DNA of 64,000 nt from Lytechinus pictus (GCF_037042905.1 NC_087252.1:7752001-7816000); one strand, 5' to 3'; shown: positions 1 through 12,695, numbered from the stretch's first letter. A program made the numbers and translations. The notes: generated by a model not told the origin, from the sequence alone.

Positions 1-209
1 GAATACATTTCCTCGGCTATAAAACAACAGTTATCATTCGTTTTTCCTATATTTATAGCAGGAAAATGGGAGTCCCAATTCCCGGTTCCACTTTCATTGC
101 TAAGTAAGTCTACGTTATGCCAATCAAGATGTGAGTGATGTCTTTGTCCTGCTCACGTCGCCACGCACCACAGTCATTCACATTTTTTCAACAGTTTAAC
201 TGCTCGTGC

Positions 210-236
210 CATGGACCTATTACGAATAGGTCCATG
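210..236. mobile_element. 27-bp palindromic micro-insertion (CATGGACCTATTACGAATAGGTCCATG) with 7-bp TSD CTCGTGC
   Basis: 12-bp perfect arms plus 3-nt loop; CTCGTGC at 203-209 and 237-243; exact reverse complement of 11602-11628. Confidence 0.85.
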
Positions 237-436
237 CTCGTGCACACACTGTATGCGTGTATCCCGGAGGCCTATCTTCCTCTCATTTGTTGCAATAAAA
301 GTTCATCTTTCCATCTATTTTTAATTGTTTATTGTTTATTTAATAAGGGGTAGCCCATTCAACAACAGCTCCCATGGGGCGCCCCTATCTATTATTCGTC
401 ATTGGTATCCATTTGTCTTTGTCCATCCATTCATAT

Positions 437-1173
437 GATTCTAGGACATCTACCCCCTGGACATCCACCCCCCGGACATCTACCACCCGGACATCCACCC
501 CCCGGACATCCACCCCCTTAGGACAAGTACCCCCTAGGACAAGTACCCCCTAGGACATCTACCCCCCGGACATCTACCACCCGGACATTTACCCCCCGGA
601 CATCTACCCCCCTGACATCTACCCCTTGGACATTTACCCCCCGTATCCAAAATATCCGTGAGTAGATGCCCGGGGGTAGCCTGTCTGGGGGGGGGGGTAA
701 ATATCCAGGGGGTAAATGTCCGGGGGGTAGATGTCCGGGGGGGGGGGGGTAAATGTCCGGGGGGTAGATGTCCGGGGGGTAAATGTCCGGGGGGTAGATG
801 TCCGGGGGGTAGATGTCCGGGGGGTAGATGTCCGGGGGGTTATTGTCCGGGGGGTAGATGTCCGGGGGTAGATGTCCGGGGGGTAGATGTCCGGGGGGTA
901 CTTGTCCGGGGGGTAGATGTCCGGGGGGTAGATGTCCGGGGGGGTAGATGTCCGGGGGGTAGATGTCCGGGGGGTAGATGTCCGGGGGTAGATGTCCGGG
1001 GGGTAGATGTCCGGGGGGTACTTGTCCGGGGGGTAGATGTCCGGGGGGTAGATGTCCTAGGGGGTACTTGTCCTAGGGGGTAGATGTCCTAAGGGGGTGG
1101 ATGTCCGGGGGGTGGATGTCCGGTTGGTGGATGTCCGGGGGGTGGATGTCCAGGGGGTAGATGTCCGGATACG
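437..1173. mobile_element. Foldback-type non-autonomous element with arms built of ~15-bp tandem units, 9-bp TSD
   Basis: Left arm (GGACATCTACCCCCC)n ~444-642, right arm (GGGGGGTAGATGTCC)n ~660-1166; CATTCATAT at 428-436 and 1174-1182. Confidence 0.85.
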
Positions 1174-2674
1174 CATTCATATATATGCCTATTCATCCAT
1201 CTATTCATTCTTTCAGTCATCCATCCATCCATCCACTGATGGATTGATTAGGCCTATAGGCTACCCCCACCCTCCCCATACTGGAGAAATACTCTGCGAT
1301 CCATTCTCTGGAAATCCTTATTGATACACGTTTCAAAGCAGACGTAAATTACTATCCCCTCGGACGTTGCTTCTCCAAGTTTGCTTAGTCTTCTTTCACG
1401 TACTTCGTTGCCCTGTTTCAAACGGCATGACTTGTAAAGTTCTGTTGTAAAACATGCCGGTCGGCCCCCGGGGTCGGCTTAGTCTGCTGGGCAAACCCTT
1501 CACTCGAGATAAGGGTCTGAATGTGCAGCCTACTCATGCCTTGTGTACTGAAGGCTCTCTCGCTCAGGGTCTGCTTCATCTTTGGAAGTTGGGCACAAAT
1601 TTTGCTATGTCAATCATTGTGAGTTTGTTACCATGACATTCCCTCTCTGAACTCTCCTCCCACTAGCTGGTCATTTGGGCCAGTCACCTGCTGGGCAGGA
1701 GATCAACTGGTGTTTGTTTAATTACACGCTGCATCGCACTTATACTCCTGATTGAAACTCCAGTCTAGCATTATGCAATAGCATAGTGGCATACATATAT
1801 GGCAAATGTCTTGCCATGGTCCCTGACTCCCTGATAAATACATGTTGCTTTCTCTCTTTTTGAATCCTGATAGTTTTTTTAATTGTGCATGTTGGTATGT
1901 TTATTCTTTTGGATCACACAGTGTTTTTTTTTAAACAAAAGCCCTTTTCGTTGCTTATAATTAACACTGTACAGCAAAGTTTTATCAAACAAAAATAATC
2001 TTTGACAGCGCAGGCATAACATTTTATCCTACATGTATAGGCATTAGAAGGCAAAGAAAGTTCGGGAAATATTCTCAAAAACTGCAACTTCAATATCAAT
2101 TTTGTTGATATTATCTAAATTATCAAGTTTTAGTTTGTAGGCTTATATGGGTTTGTTTTCCCCTATAATTATTGGAAAACAGCAAAGCATTTATCAATTT
2201 ACACTCACTAAATTTGATATAAAAAATACTCTCGAATAATTCATATTCATCTACAATATGCCTTTTGTGGTTCCACATGTACAAATTTGCTCAGTCATAT
2301 TAATAATTTTTCATAATATATGATTACAAAGAGAAGGAATTGAAATATTTCACATCATATTAAAGATAATGCAAATGAAAATGGTGTGTGACATGGGTAA
2401 TTCTCTCATTTGCATGATGATCAGGAGGTAGGCCTTCATGTACAAATGCATAAACATTAAACTCAATGTCTTGTGAAAAATTAATGTCATAACATTCTTA
2501 CCTTAAACACCAACTCAATTACTTAAAATGGTAAAAGAAAGAAATAACATTTTATAGAAATTACACTAAAAATGAGACAGCAAAAAGCCGAACAAACCCT
2601 GGAAAATACAAAACTACTAAAACCTTTATATCAATTGAAATACTGATCGAAAGAAAAAAAAATGAAAACATTAA

Positions 2675-3020
2675 AAGTCAAGTCCACCCCAGAAAATTGT
2701 TGATTTGAATCAATATAGAAAAATCAAACAAACATAACGCTGCAAATTTCATCGAAATTGGATGTAAAATAAGAAAGTTATGAAATTTTTAAGTATCGCT
2801 TAATATTTCACAAAAACAGTTAAATGCACAATTCAGCGATTTGCAAATGAGAGTCTGTGATGTCCATCACTCATTATTTCTTGTGTTTTTTATTGTTTGA
2901 ATAATACAATATTTCAATTTTTACAGATTTTACAATAAGGACCAACCATAAACTGTTAAAATAATGGTAATTCCACATGTTCAGGGAGAAATATAATTAT
3001 AATTATAGCTTCGACTTTTA
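2675..3020. mobile_element. Truncated, degenerate copy of TTAA-flanked MITE family A
   Basis: Starts TTAA-AAGTCAAGTCCACCCCAGAAAATTGTTG and aligns by eye to 4253-4847 until ~2990. Confidence 0.65.
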
Positions 3021-4252
3021 GTACTATAATATTTGAAAATGTTGGTTCAGTATGAGCAAGGAATGGGGCGTGATTTATTATTATTACTGCTATTTTTGTG
3101 TGTAAAAGGGGTAATCTGTTGATATGAAATTTACAAAAATTTCCCCAGACTTGGTATAAAATTAAAATTCCTCTATGAAAGCTGCATGCCTATTGTATAC
3201 ACCAACATTTTTTTGCAATCTTATTACAGATGACACCATCATGTTCACCCCCAAATAAGCTTCTTATCAACAGTTCACCTAAAAATGTTAATGAAGACAC
3301 CTCTTGAATTGTTTATGTCAATATTATATCTTTCTTATTTTAAAAACAAAAACATACATTACGTATATGTGTTCTTGAAGTATTTAATGTTAATTACTTA
3401 TTGATATTACGTTTATTTGAATATTGTGTTCCAATAAATAAAAGTAAGATCATCAACTCATTTAATGCATCATTATTTCTTACCGTGTACAGCAAGTTAA
3501 CTTATCATAAGGGAGGCATATCAAACGTATGAAAATGAAAATTTTGGAATAATCATGATTTCTACATGACATAAGAAGAACTAAAGCGGGGATGTGACAT
3601 CATCAGCCCATATAATGAATATTCCTGACAACTAACATGCATTATTTCACAAAATATTGCTTACCTTTAAAATTCAATAACTTTGCTATTTTTTAAATCA
3701 TACTGTGATTATACTTTAAGCATTGTGTTCAGTGAATTTTATTCTTATTTATTTGTTTAGATAATAATTTTTGCCCGAATTACCCCATTGAGGATTGCTT
3801 AGTGTTGCAGTGACTTCCGAATTATCTCACCAATCAAAATTATCACCAATCAAAATTATCTCACCAATCAAAATGAGAGCGTGAAGCGGGAGCTGCAATT
3901 TTTATATATATAAAACTTTAAAAAATGAACATTCGAAGGAATAAGCACCTTTTGGAATCATGAACAGGATAGGTATAACAATAATTGATGCGAGCGTGAA
4001 GTGCGAGCTGAAAGGTTTTGGTATTTCAAACACCGGACATTTTAAAGAGAAGTATATACGAAAGCGATAGAGCGAACTGGAAATTGAACACTTTTTGTAA
4101 TCATGAACAGGATGATGTATCTCTCATATAATAACAATAATGAAAAATCGAATCACTTGTGCATATTGACTTAAAACAGAATCATGAGAATATTTATGTT
4201 CCATGTTATCTTCCGTGCTATCTCGTTCAATAGGCAAATCCAGCATAATTTT

Positions 4253-4847
4253 AGGTCAAGTCCATCTCAGAAAAATGTTGATTTGAATCAATAGAGAAAA
4301 ATCAAGCAAGCACAATGCTGAAAATTTCATCAAAATCGGATGTAAAATAAGAAAGTTATGACATTTTAAAGTTTCGCTATTTTTCCACAAAATAGTTATA
4401 TGAACGAGTCAGTTACATCCAAATTAGAGAGTCGATGATGTCACTTACTCACTATTTCTTTTGTTTTTTATTGTTTGAATCATACAATATTTCAATTTTT
4501 ACAAATTTGACAATTAGGACCTCCTTGCCTGAACCACAAAATGTTCAAATAATGGAATTCCACATGTTCAGGGAGGAATGAAACTTCGTTTCACATGACA
4601 ATGAAGAGAAAAATCAAAATATTTCATATTTCATATAATAAAATACAAAAGAAATAGTGAGTGAGTGATGTCATCAGTTCCCTCATTTGCATGTCAACCG
4701 AGATGTGCATATAACTGTTTTGTGAAATGAAGTGAAACTTTAAAATGTCATATTTTACATCCGATTTTGATGAAATTTTCAGCATTATGCTTGTTAGATT
4801 TTTCTCTTTTTATTCAAATCGAGTTATTGGTTGGGTGGACTTGTCCT
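4253..4847 (+). mobile_element. MITE family A (Kolobok/T2-like, AGG...CCT termini, TTAA target)
   Basis: Long imperfect TIRs AGGTCAAGTCCA.../...GGGTGGACTTGTCCT followed by TTAA 4848-4851; left target site decayed. Confidence 0.8.
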
Positions 4848-4851
4848 TTAA

Positions 4852-5410
4852 AGGACAAGTCCACCCGAACGAAAAGTTGATTTGAATAAAAAGAGAAAAA
4901 TCCTACAAACATAACACTGAAAATTTCATCAAAATCGGATGTAAAATAAGAAAGTTATGACATTTTAAAGTTTTGCTTAATTTCACAAAATAGTTATATG
5001 CACATCCTAGTGGGTATGCAAATGAGGAGACTGATGACGTCATCCACTCACTATTTATTTTGTATTTTATTATATGAAATATGGAATATTCTTTTTTTCT
5101 CCTTGTCAAGTGAAACAACGATTAATTCTCCCCTGAACATGTGGAATGAGCATTGTTTAATACTATATGATTCAGTCAAGTTGGTCCTCATTTTCAAATC
5201 TATGAAAAATGAAATATTGTATAATTCAAACAATAAAAAACAAAAGAAACAGTGAGTGAGGGACATCATCAATTTTCTCATTTGAGTTGTGCATATCACT
5301 GTTTTGTGAAAAATATTTTTCATCCGATTTTGATGAAATTTTCAGCGTTTTGCTAGTTTGATTTTTCTCTATTTATTCAAATCAACATTTTTCTGGGGTA
5401 GACTTGACCT
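4852..5410 (-). mobile_element. MITE family A, inverted copy sharing the TTAA with the previous copy
   Basis: TTAA-AGGACAAGTCCACCC ... GGGGTAGACTTGACCT-TTAA (5411-5414); internal sequence is reverse-complementary to 4253-4847. Confidence 0.85.
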
Positions 5411-5713
5411 TTAATGACCTGACAGTTTCTCTGTTTCCAATTATTCCCCTCCTTATATCATCTTCACATTTTTTCTCTTCATTTCTTTCTTCGTATTTTT
5501 GTCTGTTCCTTCCTTTTTTATTTACGTTTCCCCTATTTTCGGCAGAAGGGGGGGGGGGGGGGGTGCGGATCCGCTCCAGCTCTCTGGTTCCACATAATTA
5601 TCGTTACAGGGAAATACATCAATTGTAGTTTTGGCTTATAGTCTTCTTTATACAAAGCATTATAATTGTGTGAATAATTGGGCATGCATCGCGAGCGCGT
5701 AGCGCCAAGGTGG

Positions 5714-6210
5714 CGGGGGGGGGGGGGTGCAGTGAAATATATTGCTGTACACATGCGTAACCAAAAAAAGAAAATAGTTTAAAGGGGTGCATTTTTTAAG
5801 TTTTGGACGCGGACCGCGCATGCACTTGTTTAGGGTATCAAAAATACAAATTTTCAAAAAAGGGGTGGTTTTGAAAGACTGGTCAATGGTCAATCGCGGG
5901 GTCAAACGTAGAGTCTATTTGGGGTATGTTTTTTCCAAATTTCTTTTTTAGACTAGCCAAACGCGTTTAGGGTATGTTTTTTCCTCGGGGCTTTTCCTCC
6001 TCCTTTCTGAAAAGTGTTTGGGCCTGAGACAAAACTTGTTTAGGTGTCATATTCTGGCGACAACTCGTTTAGGGGCCAAAATGTGCAAAATGAAGCCCGC
6101 GATAAACTTGTTTAGCGGGTTATTTCAACACAGAGGAAAACTCGTTTATAGGGGGGTTGGAAATAATTTGGTCATGTGTACATCAGTACATTTGACTGCC
6201 CCCCCCCCGG
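5714..6210. mobile_element. Non-autonomous TIR element with C(G)n termini; related copy at ~34071-34418 in opposite orientation
   Basis: TIRs (G)nTGCAGTGAAATATATTGCTGTACACATG / CATGTGTACATCAGTACATTTGACTG(C)nGG; flanks CAAGGTGG / CAAGGCGG (imperfect TSD). Confidence 0.7.
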
Positions 6211-6399
6211 CAAGGCGGGTAGAGTTATAATGTTAACCGTCTTTTACATCCTTCCTTCACCAGGGGCTCCTTTCCCCTTTTTTTTTCACCCGTGACTTTC
6301 CCCCATTTTTTCTTATTCATATAGGTTTCCTTTTTGTTTGGGAGGGATGTCTTCATTGTTCCTGGTGCTCGCATTGTCTGTTTCAGAAGATATCTAATC

Positions 6400-7783
6400 C
6401 TTTTGTACTAAAACCTCCCGTTTTCAAGTCAATATACACCAAATATATTTTTTCGCACATCGAGATATTGTTTTATGCACAAAAGTATGCTTCTTTTTCA
6501 TGACTACTTAAAGCGATTGCCCAATTTTAAGGTCTTAATATAAATCATTTCCTGTCCGTGCTTACGTTCGCAATTAGTGGATTGGTGAGGTATAACTGCC
6601 CTCCATGAGTTCCTATAGAATCAGTCCTTAAAATGTCCCTTTTTCTGATCTGAATGTAAAATATTTTCAGCTCGCTCTTCGTATAATGATTACACAAATT
6701 TGATTATAATGTCCATTTTAGGTCTGAATATCCAAAATTTTCAGTTCGCGCTCGCAATATTTGATTAGTGAGATGCGTATAATGATGATTACAATTACTA
6801 CAAGCATGACAAGTGCTTAATGCGTTTAGATGCAATACTAACAAAATCAGCAAGAGCTTGGCACTCGCATTAGATGACTATGGTGAGATATGTATACTCT
6901 TAAAGGGGAATCCAGCCTTGGCCATAAAATGTTGTGTTGGAAAGGAGAAATATAAATTAAACAGAATGGCGAAAGTTTGAAAGAAATCGGACAAGCAATA
7001 AGAAAATTATAGCTGCTTTAAAATTGAGATCAATAATAGTATGTAGGTTTCAAATTGGCAACTGGGTAAGTAAATTATGACAAGGGGCAAGGACAACTTT
7101 CCCATAGGCCATGTACTTTATTATCAGGGATTTGTGGTTTTCTCCTAAGTACTCATTCCCCTGGGGCAGTAATCTAAATATAATCCAGGTAGAATATTGT
7201 TTTATGTCCTCATGAAAGAAAAATAAAATTTGAAATAAAACTTTTGGGGAAAGTGACATTTTAGCCATAATATGTATTGGAGTACATGGAAGAGTAGTCC
7301 TTGCCTTACATCACTATGACATCCCATATGCGGCCAATTTGAAGTCTCCATGGGTATAGTGATTACCAATATTTACAACTTTAAAAAATTCATAACTTTC
7401 TTGTTGTTTGTCCAATATTGTTCAAACTTTCACCTATCAACTTGTCTGATTTTTATTTTTGTTATAAAAACAAGTTTTTATTTGGGTTGGATTCCCCTTT
7501 AATGGATTCCTAAAATATAGTCCTTAAAATCTCCCTGTTTGAGGACAATATATACAAAAATTTCAGCTCGCGCTTCGCGCTCGCATTGTTTAGTGAGACA
7601 GGTAAGTATAATGATTACAAAAATTTGAGTCCCTTTTTAGGTCTGAATATCCAACATTTTCAGCTCGCGCTTCGCGCTCGCATTATTTGATCAGTTAGAT
7701 ACATACGAAGCGCGCTCACTAAGTGGCTCAGAATTTTTGCTGGTGCCCCCCCCCCATGCCATGACCCACAGTACGTCACTACT
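6400..7783. repeat. Degenerate ~100-bp tandem units with TTTTCAGCTCGCGCTTCGCGCTCGC motif (dispersed repeat family), interrupted by MITE B
   Basis: Same motif recurs at ~3870-4130, 22600-22730, 26660-26930, 33860-34060, 34440-34550, ~39320 and ~44640. Confidence 0.6.
6904..7498 (+). mobile_element. MITE family B (595 bp, Kolobok/T2-like)
   Basis: TTAA-AGGGGAATCCA ... TGGATTCCCCT-TTAA; near-identical, same-length copy at 55726-56320. Confidence 0.9.
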
Positions 7784-8339
7784 GGTCGGTATGCAAATGA
7801 GGGGACTGACGACATCACTCACTATTTTTTTTTGGTATTTTTAATATATTGAATATTGATGTTTCAAATTTCTCCTCATCGTCACGTGAAGCAAAATTTT
7901 CTCTTCTAAACATGTGTCACTGCCATGGTACTAACATTTAATATGTTCAGTCAAGTTGGTCTTTTATGTCAAATCTGTAAACATTGAAATATCGTTAAAA
8001 CTATTTTTTAATGAAAGAAGAAGAATGAAAAAGTATAAAATGAGGGACATCATTGTCTTTCTCATTTTACATGCCATTTTAAGTTGTGAATATAAAGTCT
8101 TCACTGTTTTTTTTAAGTATTTGAATTTAATTTTACTATTTATAACCTGCACACAGTTTTTTGTTGCCAACAGCCCTGGCTGTAATGACAGATTGGAATT
8201 GAATATGTAATAATATAAAACTAGAAAAACGAAAAGTGATTAAGGAGTAATGATATAGAATCAAATAAATGTGGAGAATAGGGAAGAAAAATGAGAGCCA
8301 AAGAGAAATGGACTTCGTGCAAATTATATGAAATCTTAA

Positions 8340-8884
8340 AGGTCAAGTCCACCCTATAATTCTTTTATTTGAATAAATAGAGGAAAATCAAACTAGCTAG
8401 GCTGAAAATTTCATCAAAATCGGACGTAAAATAAGAAATGTATGATATTTTAAAGTTTCGCTTATTTTTCACAAAACAGTGATGTGACATGCACACCTGG
8501 GATGCAAACGAGACAGTTTATAACCCTAACTCACTATTTCATTTGTTTGTTATTGTTTAAATTGTGCAATAAGGACCAAGTTAACTGAACCATAGTAATA
8601 AAAAAGCTGATTCAACATGTTCAGGGAGGAATTGGTCGTTGTTTTATTTGACATGAGGAGAAAATTAGAATATTTCACATAATCAAATGCAAAAAAGTGG
8701 ATAGTCTCCTCATTTGCAAATCGGACCAGGATGTGGAAAACTGTATGTGAAATTAACCGAAACTTTAAAATGTGATTAAACTTTCTTATTTAACATTCGA
8801 TTTTGAGGACATTTTCAGTGTTATAAAATGTTGGATTTTCCTTTTTTTATTCAAATCAACTTCTTTGTTGGGTGAACTTGTCCT
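8340..8884 (+). mobile_element. MITE family A, older copy
   Basis: TTAA-AGGTCAAGTCCACCC ... GGGTGAACTTGTCCT. Confidence 0.75.
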
Positions 8885-9599
8885 TGACCCTTAGTTATAT
8901 TCATAATCTATTATAGGGCTAATAAAATACATGAAGGAAGTTCCAACCTATATAAAGTGAAAAAATGACCCAACAGAAAGATATAAAGAAACCAAAGAAT
9001 ATTGGTATTGGAACAAACTATAATGGGCCAATACAAGAAATAGACATTTCTATAGCTTACGTGTACTTCCCTGCTTAGGACTGGAAGATTTGTTCTAGCA
9101 GGGATATGTGGCTATTTCCTATGGTATTATACAGTAGGCCCTATAACATGGGACATTGTTTATGTTGGATTAACTACTGGCTAAATCTTATCTGAGTTAT
9201 CAATTATCTTCTCACTGGCCACTGGTAGCAGTTCCCCTGGGAGGCTGATTGACAATGTTTACTAGCCAACGGAAAGTGACTCTGAAAGAAGGAGGTGGGG
9301 CCAGATTTGGAGCGTGAGAAATGATTTTTGGAAGATTATGCAGACCCTGTATTGGAACAGCAAGTGTTGTATGTGCTAGTCTTTGCGTGGAGGCACACTT
9401 GTTGATCAAAGTTCCAATCAGGGTCTGTGCCTGCAGACTAGGGTCGGCTCCGAAATTCACCCCTCTGCATACCTAGAGCGCAACGGTTCTACCATAGACC
9501 ATATTGAATATACTCAACTTCTCATTACTCCACATCTAGCTACAAGCTTTCTTGTGTGGCTGCAAGAATAAGAGTTTTCCGAGAAATCTTGCCCCTTAC

Positions 9600-11850
9600 G
9601 TCTACCCCCCCCTAATTTTTTTTGCTTTGGCTCATGACGCCTCTGCTCTGCTTGTAAAGATTGACCCCCATTGACCAAATAACACTGTATTCTAAATTTG
9701 CAACTTGACAATGGTCGGATGCACACACTGTCATGGTCTACACGATGTAGACTACGCTACATACTTCGCATCAACAGGTTTCTCAGCTCACCTTTTGACC
9801 TCGCAAGTTCAGTCTAAACAACGAAGAATAATCCTACTTTCATGTCAATACTGTGTGTCCTCCATGGTCCCATCAACTTTTATTTTCCTTCCATGTTTTA
9901 CTATTTTGTATCCCGCCCTGAAAATAATCGTTTTTCTCTTCGCCCTTCCCTTTCTTCATACTCGGCCCTAGACAGAATGGGGGTGGCCGTCTATATATAT
10001 ACATATGACAATTTTTCATCTCGCCCTTTTTATACGCGCTTCAATATTGTTTAGTTAAAATTAGATGACATTCCTGTTCATGATTACCACATGTGCTTAG
10101 AATGTCAAAATTTTAGGTCAGAATATCAATCACTTGGGCTTAAAAAGTGATTGATATTCTGAACTAAAATTCTGACATTCTAAGCACTTTTGGTTATCAT
10201 GAACAGGATTGTCATCATAGATATCTCTGATTGTCATCTACCTAACAATATTGATGCGAGCGCAAAGAGCGAGGTGGCCGTCAAATCAAACTAGGCCCTT
10301 GCCCTTCTTTGGGATTCTCGTATCTCTTTTAGTCTTGGAGTACTTTCAGATTCATGACATTATATTCCGAAAGTAAGCCGTATTGGGCAATCCTTTGCTT
10401 CGTCATTCACGTTCGATAATCCAAGTGTCTGAATCCTTATTCACGTACAATACAATCATGGAGCTATATAGCTCCATATAATATGCTTGTCCAGTGTGTG
10501 CTGTCGCTAATAGTGGATTATGTCTAAAGTAGACGTGCATGCAGAGCGCAAGCATATCGCTAGCTAGTCCACCTCCTGGACTGTTGGTATTTTGTACGAT
10601 ACGACTACCAAACACAACACACTACATCCCCATAACACGCATACACACACCCCTGAATAGTCACACGAAACAACATTTTTTTTTTCGGGGAAAGTGAATC
10701 AGTGGGTTAGGTGAATCACTGGGGGTAAGTGAATCAGTGGAGGGCGTGTGTGTGTTGGTTATGTGTGCGCGTGGGGGTACCGGTACGGTCATGTCTGCCC
10801 CCTCATTTTTTTTTGGCTCATGACGCCTCTTACTCTGCTTGTTCGAAATTTGCAACTTGATGCGTGCTATCACGGTCTACACAATGTAGACTACACGTAC
10901 GTACTTCGCATCAACAGGTTTCTCAGCTCACCTTTTGACCTCGCGAGTTCAATCTAAACAAACGAAGAGTAGTCTAGTGTTAATTGCATTGGGTTTGCAT
11001 CTTCGTTATGTTTTACTATAGGCCTATATTTAACCCTGCATTGGGGTTGAATCTTCGTTGTTTTACTATAGGCCTATATTTAACCCCGTATGAAATAAAC
11101 CCTGTTTTATATCGTAGAACCCGCCCTGAAAGTAATCGTTTTTCTCTTCGCCCTTTCCCTTTCTTCATACTTGGCTGTGCCTGTAGACAGAATGGTGGTG
11201 GCCGTCTGTTTAGAGTTTTAAATACTTTTGTTTTAACTTTTTTTTCCAATTTCTCCTCTGTACTTTGCGAGTGGAGCCAAATAATCTGAAACTGACTGAA
11301 ACATTTAGGAAAGATATTAAATCAGGGTATGTTGTATTTATGATGGCTCTCCTGATTCTCTTTCACCAATCCACTTCTTTCTTTCTTCTCTCTCCCCCCT
11401 CCTCCTTTCCTTTGGGAAGGGCCAAGGAGTCAGTATACAGTAAGCTGCGCTAGCACCTCGCTCTAGTTCCCGTATATAGCACGCCAAGCTATGTATGAAG
11501 GGAAAAGGTGCATAAAAGAGCTACAATCCACAGAATAAAGATCAAACTCGGAACTCGGCCCTTGCCCATCTCTGGGATTCTCGTATCTCTTTTAGTCTTG
11601 GCATGGACCTATTCGTAATAGGTCCATGGTCTTGGAGTACTTTCAGATTCATGACATAAGATTCCGAAAGTAAGCCGTATTGGGCAACCATTTGCTTCGT
11701 CATTCACGTCAGATAATCAGCGTGTCTGAATCCCTTTTCACGTACGATGCAATCATGGAGCTACAGCTCAATATATTCTTATCCTGTGTGTGCTATCGCT
11801 AATAGTGCATTATATCTGAAACTAATGCAGAGCGCAAGCATGTCGCTAGC
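9600..11850. repeat. Diverged tandem duplication (~1.2 kb period)
   Basis: ~9605-9991 matches ~10798-11206, and ~10285-10570 matches ~11541-11850; the copies differ by indels. Confidence 0.8.
11602..11628. mobile_element. 27-bp palindromic micro-insertion with 7-bp TSD GTCTTGG
   Basis: GTCTTGG at 11595-11601 and 11629-11635; the paralogous site at ~10332 has a single GTCTTGG and no insert. Confidence 0.9.
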
Positions 11851-12695
11851 CGGCTCGGCTAGCATCGGATCATTGAGCTTGCACGCACCGTTCGCTTTCT
11901 ACTCAGCTACTATGCACACACACAGTACTGCACTTTGTTGTACTGCACGGGGATTTCTTGATACTGCGCATGCGCCATGACGTACTCATCAATATGCATG
12001 AGTCGTAATGAATATGCATGATTCGAACGGTGTTCTAATATCAATTTATTTTTTAACCCGAGAGGGCGTCAATAAGAAAGCTCGACCTTATAACGGTTAA
12101 CCGATCAAGTCATAATATATGTTTTACCCCTCAATATCATGAAAATAGAAAAGTTATGCAAGTTTCTTTTCCGTGATAAAATAGAGCAATAATATAGGTA
12201 TTTAATGAATGTAATAATTTCAAAATTGATTCATTGCCCTTGTCTGAGATCAACCAATCATACAATATACCTTTAAAGTTAATTTCAGTTCAGTTCAATT
12301 AACCCTCTTAAAAATAAACATATTGTTCATTATTTTTGAAATATTAGATCAAATTAAATTAAACTGATATGAGATTGTCATTTAATGTCACGAAAGATAT
12401 GAAATTGATAAAAAGTTTCTCAATCTCAATCAAGGTCAAAGGTCATTTGAGGTCAACAAACTTTAATAGTGCATTTTTTCCCCTTTGTTCAAAATTTATT
12501 CATCTTGATTGTTTTCAGAGTCAGCCATTGTAATATTGTTATTTCTTGCCACCCCCTCATGTTTTCGGGGGTGGAGGGGGCATCTCAGAAATAAATTAGT
12601 AATTTCACATTTTTGGTTCCTGGACCTGATTTTTCCCATTTAAAGACTCAAGCCAGTGCCATAGCTGCTGGTGGGATTAGTCTGCTGTGCAAACC

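Noticed and set aside
658..1324. ORFs with GGRCP / GVDVR repeats
   Set aside because: Translation of the 15-bp foldback units; frames shift with G-run length.
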